Made by a program: the position numbers and the translations under genes
Shown here: piece by piece, positions 32,185 through 44,603 of the stretch
Position numbering within the stretch: position 1 is the first letter of the stretch
Layout: every line of letters starts with the position of its first letter
Notes under the pieces: generated by a model
What the model saw: only the letters and a program-made list of their open reading frames with translations
What the model was told of the DNA's origin: nothing
The model's database searches: none
Source of the DNA: Babesia bigemina
Taxonomy: Eukaryota
Assembly (NCBI RefSeq): GCF_000981445.1
Contig: NC_027216.1
Coordinates: 620,001 to 684,000 of the forward strand
Reading direction: 5' to 3'
DNA length: 64,000 bases

Positions 32185-32637
32185 TACTTGCCATCGCGAC
32201 GTGTTTTTGCTTTCCGTGTTCACATACTGCGGAACAATGAATAGCAAGCTTGGTTCGCGAGCTGCTAGGTGAAAACCTTTAAGAGAAGGAAGGTGTGTTC
32301 CATATTGGCATAAATAGATCAACACACAGTTTTGAAATATGAGGTGTATCCTTCCTCAATACAGTTGAAGGTCTTCGTGATGTTGTATTTGTCCAATGTG
32401 TACTCACCACGACACGCTATATAGTATGCAAACCAAAACGATTTAGATGGATTCAAAGGCAAAAATTTCTCCTTCATTGATGTACGAAGTGGAATTTGCT
32501 CTAGATTAGGAGAGGTTCTTAATAATTTCACAGGATGCCAGGCCTGGTTGGCGTCCCTGTTTAGGCGCGTTAAAATTTCCGTATTACCGTTCAATTCGCA
32601 ATTGTACGACGCATATGGTGGCTAATACGTGACTAAA

Positions 32638-35275
32638 ATGAAGTTCGGCGCGAAGTTGCAAACCTTCGTTGTCCCTGAGTGGCAGGACAAGTACATTCGC
32701 TACAAGGAGCTCGTTCGCTTACTCAAGCGAGCCAGCCGACTGCGTTCCGCTAACATTCCGGGTGTAGAAGATGATGAAGAACGTTCCCTGTTGCATAATC
32801 TTTTCACTATCGATGCGCAAGTGGTGACACCGGCGTTCATTACGTCGGCAGGTAGCGCGGATTTCTCCTCGAAAACTGAGTTTATCGAGGAAGCTCCTGC
32901 ACGGAGTCAATCTGCAGGCCATATTGTGAATCGCAGTGATCATTGTGTTATAAATATTGATGAAAGTGAGCTCATCGATACTAAATTGTTCGCTGGCGCC
33001 AGCAGTGAATCGTTCGTGCCCTCCAACCCGCGCATCGCGACGCAGAAGAGTCATACATGGCCGCGTGAAGACACCATATTCCGCATCGCTGATCAGTATG
33101 AGAGGGAGGGAACGTTCAGCACATCCGGCTTCCGTACCACTCCAGAAACAGATTCACGTCTGAATGTAGCTCTGCATAACTTGGATCGAGTAGCCAGTGT
33201 CTTTGAAGGTGATACGAGATCAAATACACAGCCATGTGAACACAATGACCAGTATTCAACTCCTGTGAGGAAAGTGGTGTCGGCGATCGTCCATAGGCAA
33301 CTCCCATACCGATCAGCTGTGGTATATGGCCACGGCGATGATGCTACCTCTCCGTCGAATAAGGATGGCTGTGCTGCAGGCAATCGACGCAGCCATGTAA
33401 CGAGGCATCGTTTATTAACGGACTCACGAAGGCTGTCATCGAAAGTCCGTTTCTGTTTCTCCATCAAGGGTTTCCGGATCTGCACAAGCGGTATTCCAAG
33501 GCCCCGGTTCAATTTGAAGAAGAACACACCCCAAATGCAGGATGAATGCCTGTCGGTTTTCGACAAAGTATTGAGGGATGACATTCGGGTGGTGGTTAGT
33601 CACTATGTGACCGAGATGGATTATATAAAGTCCTTGATCAGTTTTCTTAAAGCAGACATCCGTCGACGCGGTTCCCAACTGGACGGTTCCTATGCCGGTT
33701 TGATTCGTAAAGCGTGCACTGCATTTTGGGATGCGGTCGACAAGTTACAGTTTTACCTGAACCTGAACACGTTGGCTGTTTTCAAGGTGCTTAAGAAAAA
33801 AGACAAACTGATGGCTACCGGCGACATTTTCAATCTGTATCCGACGTACAAAAGTATCATGTTGTCACTGGACAACTCCCGAGGCATTTTGGATGATGTT
33901 GCACAGATGTATAACTCGTTAATGGAAGTACCTGTCATTGAGTTTGGTGTTCTGAAAAGTGATATGGAGTCAACATTGGACAGTTTGCGCCCGAAGCCCG
34001 CACATGGCCTCTTTTTCATTTACGGATTGTGTACGGTTTTGATGGCCAATTCATTATTCCTATGTTCCTTTGAGTTTCCACTGCCATTCGATACCAAGAT
34101 TTTGTCGTCCCAGATAGCTGCCTTTAGGTTTTTCTTCGTAGTGTCGTTAATTTGGTTTGGATTTGGTTGGTGCCAGAATTATCTAGAGTCTTATGGTGTG
34201 AATTATCAATTCCAATTCGGTATCAGCAGTAATTACTCGGCCACGGAGAAAGATTATTATTTGATGGGAGCGCTTCAGACTTTGTCATGTCTGATGCTGT
34301 TCGTGTTCTTTCTGTTGGATTGCAAGTTACATGTTGTCCCTACACATCACATGTATTGCTTCTACCCTGTATTGCTCATTTTGTCTCACGTGGTCACTGT
34401 TACGTGGCCGAACCGCAATCTGAAGCTTAAGTTGCGCAAACGGCTGTTTATCTGCCTCCTCCGAGTTGTTGGCGCACCGTTCGGCGCAGGGGATAAGGTG
34501 ACGCTTTCTGACAGTATTATCGCTGATGTGCTGACGTCTCTAACCCGGCCTCTGCGTGACCTGGTGTGCATGATAACCTATTTCGCCATAGGCGTTACGT
34601 CTGACCACAAGGTTGTTTCCCCTGTGGTACAAAATTGGATTGTACCATTTGTGATGTGCTACCCCTACGTCATACGTTTCAGCCAGTGTCTGCGTCGATA
34701 CATCAATGAGAAACGCCTGTTGCACATCGGCAATATGATGAAGTACGTGTCCGGTATGCTGTGTGTCGTAGTTTCTTCCATAGACTGGGTCGCCATTTTC
34801 CAAATGAGAGCGTGGGTGCGCTACCTAGTGGTTATATCGTGCTACGTGATCGCTACTCTGTATCAGTGTTGGTGGGATTATGTGGTGGATTGGGGTCTGA
34901 ACATAGGTTGGAACATCTTTCGAACGCGCCAAAACAGAATGATGTACCGCCGCAACGCCTATTACATGGCTGTCGTATTCAACATGCTATGCCGTTGCAC
35001 GTGGGCGCTCACTACAATTCCTTTCACCATCCTACACGACAAGGATCTCTCGTCGGACATTATCTTCCTCATCGTCTCCGTCATCGAGATTGTACGGCGC
35101 GTTGTTGTAAGTGACTTTTTGGTGTTCTCATACTGTTCAGTGGGTCACTTTCCGACTGGAGAGTGAACACCTGCTCAACTCCTACAAGTACCGCACTGCC
35201 CTGTGGGTGCCGAAGCTTTACAACTGCAAGAACCTCATCGTTAAGGAAATGAAGATGCTGAACGAACAGATGTAA
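32638..35275 (+). CDS. XPR1: SPX-EXS phosphate exporter (XPR1/SYG1/PHO1 family)
   Basis: MKFG...VPEW..KYI.Y, LN..A.FKVLKK.DK, ADVLTSL, RFSQCLRRY, NMMKY, WDYVVDWGL, EIVRR. Intron 35107-35140 is followed by WVTFRLESEH. Stop TAA at 35273-35275. Confidence 0.95.
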
Positions 35276-36002
35276 AGCTCAACCGAGTGAGAAGTTTGCT
35301 CAAGTGTATAGTGCCACATCTACTTATGTCAAACGCTGTGCGCATCGCCGATTCAACATGCTATGCGTGTCGTTGCGTTACATCGCCGAACTGTATGTGA
35401 TTAATCCGTAGTTGTACTCAGATATTGTCTAGTAATCATGCCCATATCCGTGCTTCGGAATCGGGCTTAGTTACCGGAAGGCGTATGAGATTCTTTGTCA
35501 CCTATGAGATGTGTACACGGTTCGTGTGCTGTCAAGGTGTTGCAATATAGGTCCCACAGATTCCATTTAAAATTGGATACACGTTTTCGCCTAAAAATAT
35601 TCGGCGTTATTTATTTGTGTTACGTTTTCTCGGAGTCTCCGAATTCGCTTTGGTGGTGGCTCTGGTTGGGCACAGATTTTCCGGCGCGTCAGGCAGCGCC
35701 TTCGCGTCCATGAAAAATATAAAATTGGTTTGTATAGTGTGTATATTATAACTTTAGTGGACGACGCCCTAACGATGCGTGCGTCTGAATGAAATTGAAA
35801 ATGTCGCGTGAGCCAGTTTTCTTTTCGCGAACCTCCTAGGATGGCATAAATTTGGTCACAAGGCATCAGGATCGCTCCAACTTCATTACCGTAACGGCAA
35901 GTGCGCCGTATATGGTTAGAGGAGTTTATTGCCCGACCGGGTGATCGTCTGCGTAACTACTGGTGAAGAAGGCATCGGTTAATCCGTTTGTCATTCGCGA
36001 TC

Positions 36003-37206
36003 ATGGTAGAGCCTCTCGTGTGGCCCACACCTCCTCCGGAGGCTGTTACGGAGGCCAATAGGGAGTACGCCGAGAGTTCTAGCAGGGATTCCGTCACGGA
36101 CCAGAGTGAGAACGACGCATCGCCTTCTGAGACGCAGAGGAGGACTTTCAACCTGTTCCACTACATCAATTATCCCCCTCTGCGCAACTCCATCGCCCAG
36201 CCCGAGGGTAACCCAGAAGACCCCGAATTTCGACGCATGGTCTCCAATCGCAATTATTTAATACGGATTCTGGTCTACATTCACCTATGCAGTGCACTGA
36301 TTGTCTGCGGGCTGATGGTCTTAACTGTAGTGGGTTACGAGATCCGTATGTATGAGGAGCAACGTCATCCGTCGCACTGCTTGATACTCTTCTGGCTCAT
36401 ACGCACGCTCCTCAATGTATGCCTTAACGTGTGGTCAATTCGTTATCATATTCTCCACATGTCGCGCCGCAGAGTGTTCAACTGCTGCAGGAAAATTTAC
36501 GATCTGGGATCTATTGTATGGGTGGGTTTCGCGGTGTACTACAACATGATTTACCCGAGAGAGAATTTGTGGTCTGCGTCGTGTAGGTTGTGCTTCTTTA
36601 TGATTTGGCTTACAATAGCGAGCTACATCACCCCCATTATGGCCTTCGACTTGTTCTCTCTTATACTATGCCCGGTGGTATTCTGCGCGCTGCGCTACAG
36701 GGAGCAGGGCAGCTTGTCGCCTGGTTTGCCAAGGAAGCTGCTGGCAAAGCTGGACGTTGATAAGTTCGAAAACGTAGCAGAACGCATTAAGAGAGGAGAG
36801 ACCAAGGCAGCGTACCCAGGCAATACGCCCGCCGAGACCCCCTGTACGGATAATACCGGGGATACGGCAGTATCGATTTCAAGCGATGAGGCTGAACACA
36901 CCGAAGAAGTGAGCGACACACGCACACACAGATCTGAAGCCACCAACGCTATGACCGTCCTCGACAGGCTTTGTGCCATATGTATTATGGTAGGTGCGAC
37001 TTATGTTAAGATTCACGATGTTGCAGGAAATCGACGATCGCGAGAAGATTTACGTGATGCCATGTGACATACGGCACCTGTTCCACCGCGATTGCCTCAA
37101 GAAATGGTTTAAACGGAGTCGCATATGCCCAATATGCCGGATCAACGTGGCCGATATCATCAGAAACGACCGCGAGAAACAGCTATTGTTTACCACAGTA
37201 TCATAG
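36003..37206 (+). CDS. Membrane-anchored RING-H2 E3 ubiquitin ligase, 2 exons
   Basis: Several TM segments. The spliced RING reads CAICIMEIDDREKIYVMPCDIRHLFHRDCLKKWFKRSRICPICR. Confidence 0.9.
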
Positions 37207-40200
37207 GATATTAAACACCTTCTTAAGGTGGATTACACACTTCCAAGCGTCCTACACAACGGATGAAACATTAACCTTCTAAACATACGTTTGTCATTTC
37301 GTCCCTGAAGTATTCCTTGAGCACGTCGATGGAGTCGCGGGTGATGCGCGAGTAGACTCGGTCGTTGCAATCGAAGTGCCGGCCGTAGGCGATATTGGGC
37401 TCCCCGACCACCTTGATGCATATTTCCTGCCCCTTCACAGCCTTGTCAACAGGCTTCTTGTTGTGCTCCATACTCGCAACCCTGCCGAGCGTGAGCAGTG
37501 ACCCCTTTGCAATGGTGACCAGGGGCGTGTTCGCCTTCAGAATACCGTTGTCGACGTGTACTCCGAAAACAAAAGGGTCCTTTTTGTTGAACACGCAGTG
37601 CGGTAGAATAGTAAGCTCACACGGGAACACCACCTCCGAAATACGCGCCTGCTTCTTTTGCTCTTGGGTCTCCTCCAGGTACTTGACGAATGAGTCCAGC
37701 AAATGGTAGATGATGTCTGCGGACATAATTTTGACGCCGAGGGTCTGCGCTTCCTTTTCAGCCTCGGCGGCGCACTTGACGTCGAAGGCGAGGATGACGG
37801 AGTATTCCGAGTGTCCCTTCTCCCTCATGATTGACGCCTTTTTGACGTCCTTCTTCTGCACCGTTCCGATGTTCACCGCAAATACGGGGATTTTTTTATC
37901 GGTGAGGAACTGCAATAGGGCTTCCAATGACCCCAACGTTGATGCCATGACATACACCCCCACTCCCGTGCGGTCCACATTGTCGAAAATGGAGGAGATA
38001 TCCTGCATGACGTCCTCGCAGAGTTTGTCGATATCATCCTCGTTTTCCACCAGTAGCATTTCCGTTCCTGCCACCGTCTCCTCTAGACCCTGCGCAACTA
38101 TTTTCACACCCATTGCCGCCTTGATGCTTGTGTGTTTCTGGTACTCGCCCTTCACACGCAGCTCAGCCAGGGGTTGCGGGGTTAGCAACGTGCGAATAGT
38201 GGTAACGATGGGGCCGGACAGACCACATAGCACCACCTTGTCACCCTCTCTGATGGTACCGCCGAGCAGTATAACGTCCACAGTCGTACCTAGACCCTCT
38301 ATAACCTTCACCTCGAGCACTGAGCAGTGGAACTCTTCCTTGTGGGTAATATTTTTGACCATGATTTTCTGCGTCAGCTGAAGCATCAGGCAGATGAGGT
38401 CGGAAATGCCTTCGCCTGTGATGGCACTGGTGGGACATATTGAGATGTTGCGCCTGACGTCGTCATTTTCCCAGTAGAATTCGCTGTTGAGACCCTGCTC
38501 CGACAGCTCCAGCATTATTTTCTTCGCGCGCTCGAAGAATTCGGCCTTGGTGTGGTCGAGCTGCTTATCAAATGTCTTGTGGAACGTCGCCCATGGCGTG
38601 GGTTCCCATTTGTACAGCCTGTCGATTTTGTTCAGCGCGATGACGAAGTAGCACTTGCGCGCCCTAAGTAGCCCAATGGATTCGATAGTCTGCGGTTCGA
38701 GACCGTGCATGATATCGACGACCAGCACCGCGATGTCACAGAGTGACGATCCACGCGCACGCAGGTTGTTAAACGACTCGTGACCCGGTGTGTCAATGAT
38801 CAGCAACCCAGGGCTCTTCACTTTAAACTCGGGGTTCACCATGTCGCAGTGCTTATTGAGCATCTCTTTCGGGAAGAAGGTGGCACCAATCTGCTGCGTG
38901 ATACCACCTGCCTCGGCATTTTGGACATTGCTGTGCCTGATTTTGTCAAGCAGCTTGGTTTTACCGGTATCGACGTGACCCAGTACACAGCAAATCGGGG
39001 ATCGGTACTCGCTCTCATCGTCTTCGGATTCCACCGGTTTCGCCACCTTTGTCCTAACCGCCTTCGGCGTTGGTGCCGAAATAGGTTTTGCGACCTCTTT
39101 CACCGTCTCTTTCACCCTTTTCTCCTGCTTCTCCTCATTTTCGATGTCCATCTCTTCCCAGTTGTCCACAACATCCTCCGAATCGCTGGACGACGGTGTA
39201 TCTGACAGGAATGGATACCTTGAACCACGTAACGTACCTTCAGACTCCGATGACGAGGGGCTGGGTTCTTGTTCCACTTGCTCCTCTTGTTTCTCAGATT
39301 CCACCTGCTCTACCTCCTCTGCTTTGACAGTCTTCTTTTTGCGGTATGTTTGCGATGGTTGTTGTCGCTTGGCTTCGTCATCTTGCTTGTTATCCAATGC
39401 ACCTTCCTTTGCCAACTGTTCAAGGAACTTCTTCTTCATTTCCGCTGCCATTTTTTCTTTGAGTGTCATTGGTTTGCCCTGCTGTTTCTGCCGTTCGCGC
39501 TTCTCCTTACGCTGCTGGCGCTTCTTTTCCAGCATTGCCAACCGCTGCTTCTCCTCCTCCTCTGCTTTCCTGCGTTCTTCCTCCTCTAACAACCGTCGCT
39601 GCTCCTCCTCCTGGCGCGCCTTTTCTTCGAGCTGGACAACAATGAAGACATGCCATTTTGATGCCAACTTACTTCTTGCAACTGTCGTTGGCGCTCCGCT
39701 GCCAGCCTGGCGGCTAGTGAGATAGGTTTCTTAGCAGTCTCCGCTGCCTTCTCCTGTTCGCCTTCTCCCTCTTGCTTCGCAAGCTTGGCCTGTTTCTTTT
39801 TTTCCTTCTTTAGTTTGTTTTTCAGAGACTTCGCAGAGGGTTGCCCTCCCTCCGCTGCGTCATCCTTTTCATCTTCACCTGCTGCATCAGGTTCCGGCGC
39901 GGGAGGCGCCACCGTAGCTGCTTGCTCCGCATCCTGCTTACCCTGCGCCGGTTTTGATATCAATCAACGTGCTTCATTACCTTTGCATTTAGTTCATTGA
40001 GATCCTTAAGTAGTTCGTCGATGTCTTCATCGTCATCCACCTTGGTCTTCTTGCCACCAGCTTTCTGCACCGGATATTATCATCTGTTGCTAAGTTACAC
40101 ACCTTCTTCTTCGATTTCGAAACATCTTCGGTTTTGGTTTCTATCACGGCACCTCGAGCCTGCATAAGCGTCATTTCGTGTCTAACGATATTCGTTGAAC

Positions 40201-40344
40201 ACACAGCACGCGTCAGGGGAAAATACAACCCTTTGAGCACCTATTCCATCATGCATAAGGTAGTTGACATACCGTATTGAACTCATCTAGAAGGGCAAGC
40301 TCGTCATCATCCTCTTCAACGACAACCTTCTTCTTAGGCGCCAT
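37201..40344 (-). CDS. EIF5B: Translation initiation factor eIF5B (IF2), multi-exon
   Basis: RSPICCVLGHVDTGKT, EAGGITQQIGA, DTPGHESF, NKID, ASTLGSLEAL, ITRDSIDVLK. Charged N-terminus from MAPKKK at 40344. Last exon DAWKCVIHLKKVFNIL, stop TGA at 37201-37203. Confidence 0.97.
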
Positions 40345-40865
40345 ATTGTAGCAGATGAATATCTATAATATTCTAGCACTATCACAATATGCAGTTTGAG
40401 CAAAGGTGATGCCCCTTAATTGGCTCAATTCCTCTTACGGCCATCAAAGGAACGCAAAAGCACAACTGTGCCTGGCAGCGGCTTACACCGATGTATGAGA
40501 TCTTTCCAATGCCTCGGTAACGAAGCACCACGTAAGCTTAAAATACGGTAATGCGTATCAAATTCCGACTAAGAAGATTTAATATGCCGGCTGGATTTCC
40601 ACCCACGTTGGGTCAGCGGGAGATGTCGATGTTCTAAGAACGTTACCACCACTTTGTTGTTCTGTTTGATGTAAACACCGCATTCTACGAATTTTATTTC
40701 GCCTTAAACGACGATATATAAACCAGATTCGCCAACGTGTGTTAAGCGAGGCGTCGGAGCTTTGTAGTCTTCCTCTACAGCAATATGCCCTAAAATCTGT
40801 GTGACTTATGTTTCGAAGCACGCGATTGATTCATTATGAGTGATACTATAATGCTTATGTTATAG

Positions 40866-41467
40866 TTACGCCTGTTTGTACCCGTATTTCTTCCGCTCGT
40901 AGAACAGATCAGTTTTTGCGCTTCCCAGATTGACGATCTTGGGACAACCATCGCGCTGCAGAAGGCTTAAAGGCTTAAAAACGTGCTACGTCTCACAAAG
41001 CACTTGTCCACTCACATCTTTTTCACATTGGCAGCATTCCTTGCAGTAGTAGGCATCGGACACTCCCGGTCCGGAACAAATGACGCAGCGCCCCTAAGTT
41101 TGTGTTATTGCGTTGTCGAAAAGACGTGCTCACAGCGAAGGGTATGAAGTTCGTCATCACATCTTGGAATTGACGTACCTGATTAGTGCCGTAGTTGCAT
41201 TCGTCGCATATGCGAACCAGGGTGCACGGTCTCACGTAAGAATCACATATTGGACATTTGCCGTCGCATTTTTCGCACAGCCTTCCGATAGCTGCTCACT
41301 TATTAATAGCTGGAGAAGGCATGTTATACATAGTATTGGAGTTTTTTCGAAGTATAATCACTAAAGGTGTAATCACATAAAATCATAAAATCTATATATA
41401 ATTTAAACTTACAAATTCCTGGCTGTTTCCGGCACATAATCAAATCAGGATGATGCTTCGAACCCAT
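40866..41467 (-). CDS. PHF5A: SF3b splicing factor PHF5A/Rds3, 4 exons
   Basis: Spliced [52 protein letters not shown]..|[43 protein letters not shown]. Confidence 0.97.
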
Positions 41468-42583
41468 CGTGAAACTCAGATATTATCCGATGCTCTTCTG
41501 TCTTCGACGGGAGCGGCCTGCCTTCCACGAAGGCTACGGCTCCTTCTGTTGTGAAACTCGCCCAGAATCCAGCTATCAACCTTCTAGATTTTTGAACTTA
41601 AAAGTGGGTTGAGAATGTGACAGTAACTTGTTGAGCTGTTGATTTTGGCACGGCGATACAAGGGTCGCCGCGTAGGACATAGGGTAGACAATGAGCGACT
41701 GGGCACATTAACAAAAGTCAATCAGGCATCCGCCATTCACAAAAACGAGATTTTCCCATATAACTATTGCGATATTTCAGAAGCGGTATTGTTAACAGGT
41801 TGGCTACCAATTCACGTATGTTCCTATAACGGTCCCTAAACTTTGCACATATGCCACAAAAAGGAGGCATAGCGTACTTGGGAGTGGTATCGTTCACGTA
41901 CCATGCCAGTTAATAACATTATAACGCCGTGAAGCCACAGGCTAGTACTGCGATGCTTGGGGTCTACCGGTAGCACAAATTGCGACTCGCGTAGTTCCGT
42001 TGTTTTATCTAGGTTGCGATGAGTTGTAATGCTTCGCACATCATGTGACAGCATTGGCTCGAATGATATGTATCATCTAAACGCCAGTTATTTCTCCAGC
42101 ATTGTCAAGTAGCGATGACTCGTTTTCAACTATCACCTTCGGGCAGCACGATCCAACCTCGCCTGGAACTAATGTCCTATTACATCCTTGTTTATGCAAA
42201 TTTACGTAGTGGAATAGCGGTACTGGTCCCTTATTATTTGCACGAACTCTCCACTATTGGTAGCTCGTCTTGATCATATAGGCAGCTGTATCTCATTATC
42301 TACCGTTAATACAAGACATGTTAGATGCATACAGCAACGTATAGCTGGTGTCGGATGATGAGACGACAAATCCCGCACCAGTCATGTTTATTACCCATGG
42401 TCTAAATGAAATCAATTATTCACGCAGCATTAGATTAACGTGAACACCACCTATATACAAAGATGTAATGCAGAATATACGTTCATGTGACATTATTTGC
42501 ACTGCGAATATGTAGCCATTGTAATGATTAATGCATGTTCCTCTGCAATGCCCTGCGGACAGCCGCCGTCGTTATGACGGTCG

Positions 42584-44473
42584 TTAGTTGTCAGCAGTTG
42601 CAGCTTCAGTCGCCGTTAATCTGCATTGCATTGCACCATTTACGGTGAATACGAAATCAACGAGTGGGTCTGATTGATCGAACAGTGATTTGAGCTTGTC
42701 GTCCTTTACCGCAACAATGGGTATAAATGCCGCGACAGACGCTTCCTTCGGCACGTCATGAGAGGCAGAGACGCAATTACTTTCATGCGTTGGCGGGTCC
42801 AAATCTTGGCTGGTGGCGTTGTCCGAAGCTGCATTTATGCCCACAACCGATACCGAAAGATTGGTAACGATTTTACGCGTCTTGTCGTATAGTCGATGCT
42901 GCTCCAGTCGAGTCTTCAGGGGCTTTATGTATTGCGCGGCCTTGACAGCTATGTATGGCCGTATGGACGGATCATGTTCATAGGCGGGTGCATCCGAAGA
43001 TTGCGAATACCACGTGCAAATGTACGAAGGATCCTCCGTCACCCCTTCCTTCGGTGCGTTTCCCAACAAACTACTTTTAGTTGCCGGATAAGCCGATATT
43101 GCTGGTGCGTTACATAAGCCATATTCTTCCCGTTTAGCTAACCGAGTGGGGGTGGCCGTATGTGGCACATTTTTGTGCACCCTCGGACGTCGACTGTCTT
43201 TTTCCGTAGCACAGCCTCGTTGCCCTGATTTCGATTTGTCTTTCATACCACCACTGGCAAAATCCTTATTGCGAATTGAAAATGGCTGCAAAATGTCAAT
43301 CCCGAAATGGTTTACACAAGACCAATACAGCCTCAGCATCTGGCGAATGCTGCCCGTCAGCTTTCTGTTACAGGTAGCCAAAAGGTACATGAACTGGTCC
43401 TGACTAACTAGCCATTGCGTCTCGACACGCTCATTGGTGCCGATATCATTAGACGGTGCCTGGAAGGTTGCGCCAAGTGGTGTATTCGGCCCGTGGACTC
43501 CATCGCTGGCAACACCCGATTCTGTCGATGCTCCATAATTTCCTCGAATGTAATGGCGGATGGCTATCGGAGTTTCTAGTATATTAGATCCAGTTATGGA
43601 TACTATTACCCGCTTCGTGCACGTTATGATCCCTGATTTTTTGAGACCGCATCCCCGCACCAACTGCAGAAGCGTTGTTGCGTCTTGCATAGAAGCGCAT
43701 TCGACATGTAGAACGAACGCCTCAAACTTCAACACAACTTCACAGGGGTGTCTAGCGCTGCCGTCTAAAGAAGTTGCTTCGGCAGCGGGTTTGGGTTCCT
43801 CATTTGCGCTGTATGTCGAGGGTTCCTTGTGATAGCAATCTCGCTTGCATTTCACATCCGCGTTCACCGCGCTAGCCGCTGATAGCGCTTCCTTATGGTC
43901 AAGGTGGCAGTGCGACGTGTAGAGAAACCTTCCTGCCCGTCCGAAGTCGGAAGCACTTTTCGTCGCCGCCGTGGCATGCTCGGCGTTGCACTCGAATATG
44001 GCCACGCGGCCGGAACAGCAGGAAGTGCTCACAAATCTGCCTGTGCGCATCAGCAGCCGCAACAGTGGTACCAGAATAACGTCAACAGACCCTTTCAGTG
44101 ACCTGTCTACAGTGTCGTTTCCTCCGCTGGTGGAGTCCGTCGCAACGCCGTCGTCCACTCCAGCACATCCGTTGATATAATTGCGATGTATTGGGTCCAG
44201 GCCGTTATATGCCGACTGCGTATCGCGCAGTTCCGCAGCTAGGTGTCCGGGGGATATATCCCGTTTCTCCTTCAAGCTCCTTAAAATGTGTTGCAGGTTA
44301 CGGTATATCCCATCCGCAACCACATCGCGCTCCCCGAATCCCGTATGCGCAGACTGCACCTCTCGTCTCACAGCAGCGCTGGAATCGCCGGCTAGGTGCT
44401 CGGTACCGAGGTAAAGCAGCTCCAGGCGCTCCTCGCCGAGTATGGCGGCGACCTTCTTGGGGTCCGTGCGCAT
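42584..44473 (-). CDS. TYW3: tRNA wybutosine methyltransferase TYW3 with insertions
   Basis: DRSLKGSVD, FVSTSCCSGRV, LKFEAFVLHVEC, CGLKKSGI, LETPI. Confidence 0.88.
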   Translation of the reverse strand: MRTDPKKVAAILGEERLELLYLGTEHLAGDSSAAVRREVQSAHTGFGERDVVADGIYRNLQHILRSLKEKRDISPGHLAAELRDTQSAYNGLDPIHRNYINGCAGVDDGVATDSTSGGNDTVDRSLKGSVDVILVPLLRLLMRTGRFVSTSCCSGRVAIFECNAEHATAATKSASDFGRAGRFLYTSHCHLDHKEALSAASAVNADVKCKRDCYHKEPSTYSANEEPKPAAEATSLDGSARHPCEVVLKFEAFVLHVECASMQDATTLLQLVRGCGLKKSGIITCTKRVIVSITGSNILETPIAIRHYIRGNYGASTESGVASDGVHGPNTPLGATFQAPSNDIGTNERVETQWLVSQDQFMYLLATCNRKLTGSIRQMLRLYWSCVNHFGIDILQPFSIRNKDFASGGMKDKSKSGQRGCATEKDSRRPRVHKNVPHTATPTRLAKREEYGLCNAPAISAYPATKSSLLGNAPKEGVTEDPSYICTWYSQSSDAPAYEHDPSIRPYIAVKAAQYIKPLKTRLEQHRLYDKTRKIVTNLSVSVVGINAASDNATSQDLDPPTHESNCVSASHDVPKEASVAAFIPIVAVKDDKLKSLFDQSDPLVDFVFTVNGAMQCRLTATEAATADN

Positions 44474-44603
44474 AATTCGGCACAGAAAGCGCGCAGCAAG
44501 AGAGAATAAAAGTATATATTATACAAAGTGTACCTAGCGGCTACATGTGTGCGTTCGCAACGAACACCCGAGACCCCGCCTTCGGCGCCCCGTTGCGTTA
44601 GGC

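Noticed and set aside
41640..42580. Possible small multi-exon gene, or a TYW2 continuation of TYW3
   Set aside because: Splice-like signals are present, but I could not build a convincing frame or find TYW2 motifs.
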